From IMG/VR virus record IMGVR_UViG_3300034375_013346, positions 32,001 through 96,000 of that record: a DNA stretch of 64,000 bases. One strand, given 5' to 3'. Numbering within the stretch: position 1 is the stretch's first letter; each line of letters opens with the position of its first letter. The DNA is from a virus. A program made the position numbers and the translations under genes. A model generated the notes under the pieces. The model was not told the origin of the DNA. It made no database searches and saw nothing but the letters and a program-made list of their open reading frames with translations. This document shows, one piece after another, positions 45,675 through 53,894 of the stretch.

Positions 45675-46868
45675 TTATTTAGGATTTCCAAACTTACCAA
45701 CAGCTTCCCTGAATTCTTTACCAACAATTCCATCTATTGCCTGCCTCATTGCTATGGCTCCACTTTTAGTCCCACTAGGGTGACCGTGCATAGCCCCACC
45801 TACATTAGCTAGATAATCTACGCCAACCTGCTCGTTTATATTGTTAACTAGACCAGGATGAAATCCGCAGCTTAGAGCAGGAAGGGTTCCTTGTTTTCTT
45901 GACTCCTCCATCGCTTTTAAAACTTCTTCCTCATCAGCAGGATAATATCCGCCAATCATACCAGAGTGTATAAAATCAACACCCATCATTCCTGCCAGTT
46001 TACACATGAAGGGCCAGGATATACTAAAATTGTGATCCGGGTTCGTTATAACCCGATCCCCGCTCTTTTGGAAGTGCATGAATATGGGAAGATCCAATTC
46101 CCTGATATTTTTATAAGACCCGAGACCACACCAAAAATTGACATGCACCCCATTGCCACCTAATTCATGAACCTGCTTTACCCTTTCCAGTATATAAGCT
46201 GGATCCGAATGTATGGAAACACAATAGACAACCCTTTTATCTTTCAGGTAATCCATTATAAGAGGAACCCTATCCTCTATCCTGCAAAAAGAGGGGCTTG
46301 ATAGTATTTCATCCTCTTTGATAAAATTCACACCACCTTCAACCATCTCTTTTACCATCTCAAGCATTATCCTAGGGGAAACTCCGGTCTTAGGTTTTAA
46401 TATACCGCCGAGTAAAGGTTTATCATATACCCCAGTGTATTCGCGGATACCATTTATTCCGTACTTGGGCCCTAGAAAACATTCCGAAACACAATCAGGG
46501 AATTCAATATCCAATAATTTGCAAGATTTGATCTCTTCAATATCCATCTGTCCACCCATCACATTTACCAAGAGGTGAGATACACCATCTGTTCTAAAAT
46601 CTATATTTACAACAGGGAATGCAATTATAACCTCCCCAGAGGTGCTATCCAGCATGCTTTCCATATCTCCTACTATGATACAGGAGTGATCCCGAAACAG
46701 CTCCTCAGTTTCCCATACGCTCCTGGAAGACGGGTTACCTACACTCTGTCCTATCGCTATATTCCAAGCAGCAGATGCCAGATTTTTGGAACATTCAACA
46801 TAGTATTTAGCAAAGAAATAATTCTCGCTATCTATTTGTTCCTTTAATTTAAATAAATCAGATTTCAT
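45675..46868 (-). CDS. RuBisCO-like protein (form IV)
   Basis: GPKYG..GIR, LLGGILKPKTG, FIKEDE, DFIHSG, SCGFHPG, GGAMHGHP; several carboxylase residues replaced. Confidence 0.92.
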   Translation of the reverse strand: MKSDLFKLKEQIDSENYFFAKYYVECSKNLASAAWNIAIGQSVGNPSSRSVWETEELFRDHSCIIVGDMESMLDSTSGEVIIAFPVVNIDFRTDGVSHLLVNVMGGQMDIEEIKSCKLLDIEFPDCVSECFLGPKYGINGIREYTGVYDKPLLGGILKPKTGVSPRIMLEMVKEMVEGGVNFIKEDEILSSPSFCRIEDRVPLIMDYLKDKRVVYCVSIHSDPAYILERVKQVHELGGNGVHVNFWCGLGSYKNIRELDLPIFMHFQKSGDRVITNPDHNFSISWPFMCKLAGMMGVDFIHSGMIGGYYPADEEEVLKAMEESRKQGTLPALSCGFHPGLVNNINEQVGVDYLANVGGAMHGHPSGTKSGAIAMRQAIDGIVGKEFREAVGKFGNPK

Positions 46869-47178
46869 ATTTATCTCCCGGTTTAGAGGGTGTCTTAACT
46901 ATAAAAACCTCGCAATCCTCGAGGAAAACTGGATTAGCTATCTCATATCTCCGTATGACAAAAACGTCACCAGATTCGAGGACTCTATCCTGTATAATCA
47001 TTCTACCCTTATGTAAGTAATTTATTTCGTCCGCTTCCTTATGGTAATGTGCTGTCCATTCCTCTCCCTTTTTATGTTCCTTAAAGCAGACCTCAAATTT
47101 ATCGGTTTCATAAGATGAAGGTAAGAAATCACCAACAAACCAACCTCCCTTATATTCTTCTATTCTAGATACTTCCAT
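46858..47178 (-). CDS. Cupin-fold protein
   Basis: GGWFVGDF, HYHKEADEIN, VKTPS. Confidence 0.8.
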   Translation of the reverse strand: MEVSRIEEYKGGWFVGDFLPSSYETDKFEVCFKEHKKGEEWTAHYHKEADEINYLHKGRMIIQDRVLESGDVFVIRRYEIANPVFLEDCEVFIVKTPSKPGDKYEI

Positions 47179-47911
47179 ATCTTACTTTATTTTTGTATAT
47201 CTCCAAATCCTCCGGCGTCCCTATCGGGAAATGAAGGTTAAAAAAATATGGCAATATTTTCTTACCCCTTTTTATAAGATAGTTGTATGTTGGGGCAACA
47301 TAAAACTCATTGTTATATCGATCATTATTGTCGATCATCTCAAGGGCAGATTCAACAAAATCTGAACCCCTCTCCCAGTAATGTAGCCCGTTAGTGGCTA
47401 TATTCGAAATAACTATCTTTTCCTTGACATCACAAACTTCTCCATTAGGGTCAAGCTTGACATAGCTATTTTTTTTAGACGAGGAAAGGAAGCATCCTAT
47501 AAATCCATCACAATTGGTATTAGAAGCGAACTTGGCTAAAATACCCAGATTAAAATCCAGTATTACCTGGTCACAATTCGCTATAATAAGTGGATTTTTA
47601 GTGTTAATAAGGTCTTTCGCAAGGAGTGCGGTACAAGCTGGGCCCTCAGTTAATGCTGGAGTAGAAACGACATCAAAAGAGATTCCAGTATCACCTATAT
47701 GTTCCCTGAATTCATCGATAGAAATATGCTCCTCATTGATGACAAATATGAAGTGTGAAGACCCGTCTCTGAGGTTATCGATTACTGTCCTTATCATGGA
47801 ATCATCTATAACTTTGATGTAGGGTTTTATCTCACTGTATCCAGCATCAGAAAACCTTCTTCCCATTCCCCCCAGAGGTATCAATATGTTAATCTTCTTT
47901 GAGTCTCTCAT
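47165..47911 (-). CDS. Sugar-phosphate nucleotidyltransferase-like protein (GT-A, BcbE-like)
   Basis: IPLGGMGRRF..GY..KP.I, TEGPACT, NCDQ, VKEK..IS..ATNG, NNEFYVAP, IGTPED. Confidence 0.85.
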   Translation of the reverse strand: MRDSKKINILIPLGGMGRRFSDAGYSEIKPYIKVIDDSMIRTVIDNLRDGSSHFIFVINEEHISIDEFREHIGDTGISFDVVSTPALTEGPACTALLAKDLINTKNPLIIANCDQVILDFNLGILAKFASNTNCDGFIGCFLSSSKKNSYVKLDPNGEVCDVKEKIVISNIATNGLHYWERGSDFVESALEMIDNNDRYNNEFYVAPTYNYLIKRGKKILPYFFNLHFPIGTPEDLEIYKNKVRYGSI

Positions 47912-48557
47912 CTAAAAACAGACATATCCAGGTGGCATCAATAATATCATCCAATGGCTTATTCACGTTCCCACTGGGGGTTATCCATTCACCCTTATTA
48001 TCATTTAGTATATTAGTGAAATAGCTCAGGTTGGTTTCAACGATTTCGGTATTAATCAGTGCCTCATACAATTGATCCTTTTTGGCATTCCCCTTAATCG
48101 CAAATTTTTTAACAGAGGTTGGGGAGAAAACGAAAAAATTTGAGCTTCCTACGAAATCTACTATCTTTTTCCGGAGCAAGGCAGTTGCCATTGATATGTC
48201 TATAAGTGCATTGCCATTAGAAGCAAAGCTTAAGCCCTCTATAGCTATAAACACATCATCTCCAGGCTCAATGTGGTTCTTAACAGAGTCCCAGAATTTT
48301 TCCACCAGATCCGAAAAATAATCAATTTTTATCCTCTCTCTTTCAGTGTATTCATCAGGCATTTTCTCCTTGCCCATGAACACAAGATCAAATTCATCAA
48401 TATCCGAAAAGAAAGCAAATGGCTTATTTTTAGACTTTTTCAAGGATTCCTCAGATCTGTCACTCCTTGTAAGTGATCCCCATCTAAAATGATTATCTCT
48501 AAACGAACAAAATGCTGGGGAATTCAATGAGAAATCTATTCCTATAAGGGTTCTCAA
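47889..48557 (-). CDS. RuvC-like Holliday junction resolvase
   Basis: IGIDFSLNSP, IEG, PTSVKK..GNAKK, DDIIDA; TTG start. Confidence 0.82.
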   Translation of the reverse strand: MRTLIGIDFSLNSPAFCSFRDNHFRWGSLTRSDRSEESLKKSKNKPFAFFSDIDEFDLVFMGKEKMPDEYTERERIKIDYFSDLVEKFWDSVKNHIEPGDDVFIAIEGLSFASNGNALIDISMATALLRKKIVDFVGSSNFFVFSPTSVKKFAIKGNAKKDQLYEALINTEIVETNLSYFTNILNDNKGEWITPSGNVNKPLDDIIDATWICLFLDERLKED

Positions 48558-48582
48558 AATAGTTTTATTTAAAAGTTCACTC

Positions 48583-48590
48583 TATATATC
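48583..48590 (-). promoter_or_regulatory. GATATATA late-promoter-like motif heading the resolvase-RLP-gp32 unit
   Basis: 26 nt upstream of the resolvase start, immediately after a terminator; same motif recurs before about 15 genes. Confidence 0.65.
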
Positions 48591-48595
48591 ACCAC

Positions 48596-48621
48596 AAAAA
48601 ACCCCGGGATTCCGGGGTTTT
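48596..48621 (-). terminator. Rho-independent terminator
   Basis: CCCCGG-loop-CCGGGG with T6. Confidence 0.85.
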
Positions 48622-48643
48622 AGATAATTAGGTTTTTTGGTGA

Positions 48644-49009
48644 TTAGACCTTTACTAATCTCTTAGTGACTAGTCCTGGGATCTCAATTTCTTTCTCCCC
48701 TTTACCAACAGCTTGTTCTATCTTGCCTACTATTTCCTTATCTATGGAGCTTTCAAGCTCTGTAGGCTCCGTGATTTTTACCTTCAGATTTTCCCCCGAC
48801 GGGTTTAATTCAACAATCTGAACCCTGTTCCATTTTTTACCAAATGGATTTAGATAATTCCCGGGATTAAAATTAGCCTCCAGCTGATACTCCTCACCAT
48901 TCAAAACGATGTTTCCCTTGCTGTTTTTCTTGACCTCCAGTTTCTCGTTGATCTGTATAGAGGAATTTCCTCGATCTTTAAAAGATTCGTAAGTTAAGAG
49001 GGATTCCAT
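48644..49009 (-). CDS. Hypothetical protein with CTS-like N-terminus
   Basis: MESLLTYESF...INEK. Confidence 0.7.
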   Translation of the reverse strand: MESLLTYESFKDRGNSSIQINEKLEVKKNSKGNIVLNGEEYQLEANFNPGNYLNPFGKKWNRVQIVELNPSGENLKVKITEPTELESSIDKEIVGKIEQAVGKGEKEIEIPGLVTKRLVKV

Positions 49010-49011
49010 AA

Positions 49012-49260
49012 TTAATCTAGAGATGGTTTTACCACGTTGCCCTTCTTGCCCGTGTAGTTATAAACATTAACAAGCTTGTCGTAGCATTTTTTCATCTGGT
49101 CGTCACTTAAGCAATCCACCAGGTCGTTCAATACCCTTTGATCGTTACCTGAAGCAGCTACTAATAGATCCTTCATATGCTGTTTTAGGTCATCCTCCCC
49201 ATACATGGGCTGACCATATTTCATTTCATTTAACTGAGTTAGTTCAGAGAATTTTTTCAT
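49012..49260 (-). CDS. Hypothetical protein with CTS-like N-terminus
   Basis: MKKFSELTQLNEM; GATATATA at 49282-49289. Confidence 0.7.
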   Translation of the reverse strand: MKKFSELTQLNEMKYGQPMYGEDDLKQHMKDLLVAASGNDQRVLNDLVDCLSDDQMKKCYDKLVNVYNYTGKKGNVVKPSLD

Positions 49261-49289
49261 TTTCTTTGCTTTTTTCTGTTTTATATATC

Positions 49290-49850
49290 TTACTTCTCCC
49301 TACCAATTTCTAGAGATATGTCCAAATAATTACATTTAAACCCTACAGAGAATGTATAAACCGAGGGAGCATTCTGGGTATAATTGAGATTTAGATTATT
49401 CATCGAAGTCAATGTCACCTCCTTAAAGGTAACAGTGGTAACTATATTCCCGTCATTGTCCAATATTCTTAGCGGGAGATTCTGAATGAAAACTTGTGGA
49501 TTTTTAAAGTTTAACTTGTCCAGTACAGTTTCCAACATAATGAAGTAGTTTATGAAACCCTCGGATATACGGAAAGAAACATCAAATTCCCTGCTGAATA
49601 GATCCTGAACAGGTGTTGCACTCTGGTAGTTTATCCTTTTGCCAAGATTCCTCGTCTGCTCCACCAGGTCCATCTGTAATCCTGGAAATCCTACCGACTG
49701 TATAGAACTATTCATGAACGAGGTTATTGTATCGTAGGGGGTAGGCTGCCTCTTGATATAATCAAGATACTTCTCTTGGACAACATCTGGGAAAAATCCT
49801 CTAGGAAAAACAAAATAAAAGCTATTAGCCCTTGCGTTTAACATGCTCAT
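49290..49850 (-). CDS. Tail tube-fold protein (gp3/gp19-like)
   Basis: IQSVGFPG, FDVSF...NY, LRILD..GN, TF.V.F pattern typical of tube-fold proteins. Confidence 0.6.
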   Translation of the reverse strand: MSMLNARANSFYFVFPRGFFPDVVQEKYLDYIKRQPTPYDTITSFMNSSIQSVGFPGLQMDLVEQTRNLGKRINYQSATPVQDLFSREFDVSFRISEGFINYFIMLETVLDKLNFKNPQVFIQNLPLRILDNDGNIVTTVTFKEVTLTSMNNLNLNYTQNAPSVYTFSVGFKCNYLDISLEIGREK

Positions 49851-50358
49851 AATTTATCTTTATATGGTTTATTTTATAGTTATTCTGCTCGGATTTAGCT
49901 ATAGCTTTACTTGTATCAAAATTAGAGTACAGGTAAAGCCCAGGAATTAATTCCTTACAGTCTCCTTCTACTATATATTCAGTCCTGTTATCTCGATCAA
50001 AGAACTCGACTTTTCTATAATTCAATATCTTCGTATTTCTGGCAGCATATGATTTAGGGTCTTCCCTCCATATAATGTCAACCAAGATACCTCTATCCAT
50101 TCCCATAGAAACCCCGGAATCCAGAAGCTTCTTTAATTCGGTGTATCTGAACATATTACCTGAGAGCACGACATCTATGTCGGTGGTACTTATCTCGGTT
50201 CCTAGAAAGTAATTAGAGCAAAATGCACCACAAAGGTACAAGTCGACAGTAGGTGTTCCGTTATGATCCAGCCAGGAGGAAATCCAGTCATCGAAAAGAT
50301 CCCTAGTCGGTTTCTTAAAAATTCCATCGTATGTAAAATTTCCTCTACTGTATTCCAA
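49825..50358 (-). CDS. Minimal Pol-beta nucleotidyltransferase
   Basis: LYLCGAF..TTDIDVVL...VDI. Confidence 0.6.
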   Translation of the reverse strand: MEYSRGNFTYDGIFKKPTRDLFDDWISSWLDHNGTPTVDLYLCGAFCSNYFLGTEISTTDIDVVLSGNMFRYTELKKLLDSGVSMGMDRGILVDIIWREDPKSYAARNTKILNYRKVEFFDRDNRTEYIVEGDCKELIPGLYLYSNFDTSKAIAKSEQNNYKINHIKINYEHVKRKG

Positions 50359-50370
50359 TATTAACTAGAA

Positions 50371-52827
50371 TTAGCTTCTTCCGCCCGGATCTGGATCGAT
50401 AATCACATCCTTTGGGTTAGGCAGTGAAGACCCGTTATCACTCCCCGATTGATTCGCAGTACCCCCATTGGAACTAGCAGATCCACCAGTGGTTCTGCCT
50501 GCACCGGTGTTGCCATAAGCAAACACTAAGGACATATCTCCACTTCCGAATATACCCTGAACCGCCTGTATGAACAACTCTTTTGTAATTCCAACATAGA
50601 GCTTATACCCAGTAGAACTAGGATCCAGGAAGTAAGAAATTATCTCAGGCGTAGACCACCCAGTAGCTACCTTTCCTTGTACGTCGGAGGAGATGGCAGA
50701 TTTCAGCTGGGCTTGACTTAGTTTTTGCTGACTACTGTTGCTTCCACCCTTGCTAACCTTTCCATTACCACTCGTTCCCAAGTTTCCGCTCTGAATACCC
50801 GAGACCTGCCAGGAACTTTTTCCAGGCTTGTTCGGTGGAGCTTTAAATACAGGAGAAGTCGGGAGAACCTTAACGTCAGCTTCTACTTTGGCCTGTACCG
50901 GAATTTGCTCATCATCTTTTAACCAGTTTCCCCAGTATAGAGTAGAGAAAGAATTACCCCCTATTTTAGCTGTATTTACTGCTCTGCTAGTATTGGAGTC
51001 TTTCTTGGAAGCAAGTATAATATTTCTAGAAGAATCTCTTAGACTAACAGCTCTCTTTGCTAATAGGGACTTAGTTTTATTAACCTTTGAAATCCCCCGG
51101 GTATCAGTATTGTCCCCATCAGGATCTGGTGGTTTATTGGTGATATAGAACTTTCTGTTTGTAAACTGAAGTATCTGGTTAGATATGGACTCATCCACTT
51201 TAAAAGCTAATTCACCCTTAGAAGGTTTTGCTATATTGGCATCAGCAATAGAAGGGGCATATACCTTCTTATCCATATTATTTATGAATACCATATTGTA
51301 GGTACCAGAGGAGCTAAGATCTATCTCCTGTGTTGTACCATCTGGTCCCTTTCTAAAGAATGAAAACTTATAATAGTTATCAAAAGGACTGACCCTAATA
51401 TATGCCTTCCCTATCCCGTAAGAAATAGAAGGGGCACTCGAATTGCTTCTCTCCGTAATATTAGTTCCATTAACATCTAGATTAGTCAATGATGTATTCA
51501 CCAAATTTCTATCAACGAATACATTAGCAAACTTGGTAATTTCTCTAGGTGACATTTGATTAAAAGGAACGGATATATCTGTTTTTCCGGCTAGTTTATT
51601 GTATATCTTTTGCTGTTGCGGCAAAACTGAAAGTTGAAGCGGGGTAATTGTAGAACCATACTTACCCGGATCTGTCGATGTATATGTAGCTACCCTCATA
51701 ATTCTGGTCTGATCCTTGCTATTTATAAGGGTCATAGTATATCTCAATGAGAAGCTTGTAGCCACATTGGAATATCTAACTATTGGTCTAAAAAGATTCG
51801 GAACGTCATATGCAGATGTCTGGATGCTTGTAAAGTTAGAGGTTTCCAGCCAAGCAGCACCAACCTGCTCAAGAACCTCTATCCTATTTTCTATGTAATA
51901 GCTATTGCCTATTGAATTCTGAAACAGTATAAAATCCTCAATAAACCCGCCATCATCCGTACCAAAATATTCAAAGAAATCTCCGGTATCAGCTGGGGAG
52001 ATATAGGCACCTATGTTATTGAACGGATCAGTGGGTTCCAGAGATAATGCTGCCAAAAGCTGAGTCCCGTATGTTTCATATCCGCTAACTACGGAGGTAT
52101 CTGTGATCGAATATGCATTTACCCTTAGAGGTTGGGCAGCTAAAAATCCTCTTCCGCTCTTAGAGGTTTTAGCAGCAAGCGTGAGAGGCTTGTTTGATGG
52201 ACTAGCTGCGTTATACTTATTGATCATATCTGAGAGAGAAGGTATCTTCACCTCAAAATACTTATCATATATGTTAGCCCCTATGGTTAAAGGATTAGGG
52301 TTTAGTGTGTATTGCTGTGAATTACCCTTCGAAAGCTTTATCTGGGAAAAAGTCACATAAGAACCATCAACATCCGGGTACTTGACATTAAGGATTAGTC
52401 CGTCCAGATTGTCCAGGTTATATCCGGCGAGTATATGATATCTCACGGAGTCATAAACAACATTAAGATTTGATGAGAACGATATAGGTAGGTTTGCCGT
52501 ATCAGTCAGCTCAGATTTAAAATCATTGTAAGGTACTATCAGGTTCGGATTAAGGGTTACGAAGGTGGTAAGATTGGTCTGTACAACGCTATTATTAGAG
52601 GTATTCTGTGTTATTGATGCATTTTCATCCAGATTAAAAATCTGAACATCATTAGAAACCTGTCCATCGGAGTCCTTGAGAATCCCATTCACAAGTCTAT
52701 TATAACCCACTGTAGGACTACCGACATTGACAAAGTAATCCTCAGGATTTGGAGGACTTGCATACATATACTCCATAACCAGATATGGAGAGAGTTGTAC
52801 GTATTTAGATGTCGTTGTAAAAGCCAT
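50371..52827 (-). CDS. Putative structural (baseplate/tail) protein
   Basis: 818 aa S/T/N-rich beta protein in the structural block. Confidence 0.6.
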   Translation of the reverse strand: MAFTTTSKYVQLSPYLVMEYMYASPPNPEDYFVNVGSPTVGYNRLVNGILKDSDGQVSNDVQIFNLDENASITQNTSNNSVVQTNLTTFVTLNPNLIVPYNDFKSELTDTANLPISFSSNLNVVYDSVRYHILAGYNLDNLDGLILNVKYPDVDGSYVTFSQIKLSKGNSQQYTLNPNPLTIGANIYDKYFEVKIPSLSDMINKYNAASPSNKPLTLAAKTSKSGRGFLAAQPLRVNAYSITDTSVVSGYETYGTQLLAALSLEPTDPFNNIGAYISPADTGDFFEYFGTDDGGFIEDFILFQNSIGNSYYIENRIEVLEQVGAAWLETSNFTSIQTSAYDVPNLFRPIVRYSNVATSFSLRYTMTLINSKDQTRIMRVATYTSTDPGKYGSTITPLQLSVLPQQQKIYNKLAGKTDISVPFNQMSPREITKFANVFVDRNLVNTSLTNLDVNGTNITERSNSSAPSISYGIGKAYIRVSPFDNYYKFSFFRKGPDGTTQEIDLSSSGTYNMVFINNMDKKVYAPSIADANIAKPSKGELAFKVDESISNQILQFTNRKFYITNKPPDPDGDNTDTRGISKVNKTKSLLAKRAVSLRDSSRNIILASKKDSNTSRAVNTAKIGGNSFSTLYWGNWLKDDEQIPVQAKVEADVKVLPTSPVFKAPPNKPGKSSWQVSGIQSGNLGTSGNGKVSKGGSNSSQQKLSQAQLKSAISSDVQGKVATGWSTPEIISYFLDPSSTGYKLYVGITKELFIQAVQGIFGSGDMSLVFAYGNTGAGRTTGGSASSNGGTANQSGSDNGSSLPNPKDVIIDPDPGGRS

Positions 52828-52839
52828 TCTATCTATTTA

Positions 52840-53631
52840 TTATTTTCCAAATTGGAGCCATTTGGGAGAATAACTTAGTCCAATTCCTACGAAAGGTCCA
52901 ACCGTATATCCACCGTTATTTAAGCCAATCCCGTAACCCGCTGATATTCCAACACCAAAAGGTTTCCTTGCAGATTTTAAAGCCCTCCTGGTCTCAGGAT
53001 CGTCTATCATGTTAAGAGCTTGTAATTCTCTGAACTTTATACCTGGAAAATCAGTAGAGGCCCTTATGTATAATAAGCCATCAGAGGGATTACTATATAA
53101 ACCAGTAACAAGATCTATTCTCTGACTTATGTCAAGGGAGACCTTACCTGGAAAAATTGTGCTATCAGTATCAAATCTATATGGAATAGTCCCACCTATC
53201 AAGAGACGGTTTGTACCAGGTAAATCCGGATTATACTCAAATTCTATATAAGAAGAATCTCCTCTGTTGTGGTTTGTAGAAGCAACCAGTATTGTGGTAT
53301 CTCTATAGACTATCTCAGTTCTAATTATTACACCGGGTTTCTTTTTCCTTTCTAATTCCAATCTCCCCACCAAATTCTCTTGCTCAAGTGAAAGCTCTTT
53401 ATACTTCAGCTGGAAGGCAGCTCTCTCAGCCACTACTGAGTTTAATCTGGATTCCAAGTGTTTAACAGAATCCTGCTCAGCAAGAAAGTTACCTAAATTG
53501 CGGTTAGCCTCTTTCTTTGCATTCTCTGCAATTCCACATTGTCTAAACAGTAGAAATATCAGCACAATTGATAGTGCAATCGGGAAAACCCTACCACTCA
53601 GAAAAGATATTATGTCATTATAAAGTTTCAT
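52840..53631 (-). CDS. Membrane-anchored coiled-coil protein, spanin candidate
   Basis: N-terminal TM helix, coiled coil, C-terminal amphipathic beta hairpin FGVGISAGYG...VGIGLSYS. Confidence 0.55.
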   Translation of the reverse strand: MKLYNDIISFLSGRVFPIALSIVLIFLLFRQCGIAENAKKEANRNLGNFLAEQDSVKHLESRLNSVVAERAAFQLKYKELSLEQENLVGRLELERKKKPGVIIRTEIVYRDTTILVASTNHNRGDSSYIEFEYNPDLPGTNRLLIGGTIPYRFDTDSTIFPGKVSLDISQRIDLVTGLYSNPSDGLLYIRASTDFPGIKFRELQALNMIDDPETRRALKSARKPFGVGISAGYGIGLNNGGYTVGPFVGIGLSYSPKWLQFGK

Positions 53632-53863
53632 ACGTCATCTCAAATGGATTTAAATTCCCATCCCCATATTTTTTATTTAGTGACTCAATAAAATCTTTTT
53701 CAGACTCTCTCAGATCTTCCAATTCTCTAACTAGCGTTCCGGCTTTTAAGTTTAGTTCATCCATTCTTTCCCGGACTACATCTATCTCCGTTCTAACCCT
53801 CGAAAATTCAGATTTAATCGACTGTGCCTTTTTAAGCTCCACTTTAGTTAATTTTTTTATCAT
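53618..53863 (-). CDS. Small coiled-coil protein
   Basis: MIKKLTK...LNKKYGDGNLN; ATG at 53863 preferred. Confidence 0.65.
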   Translation of the reverse strand: MIKKLTKVELKKAQSIKSEFSRVRTEIDVVRERMDELNLKAGTLVRELEDLRESEKDFIESLNKKYGDGNLNPFEMTYETL

Positions 53864-53894
53864 ATTTATCCAAAATTTAAAAACATTCGACAAT

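Noticed and set aside
45675-46868. Bona fide CO2-fixing RuBisCO
   Set aside because: E60, H294 and K334 equivalents appear substituted, and there is no small subunit or phosphoribulokinase nearby; form IV is the better call
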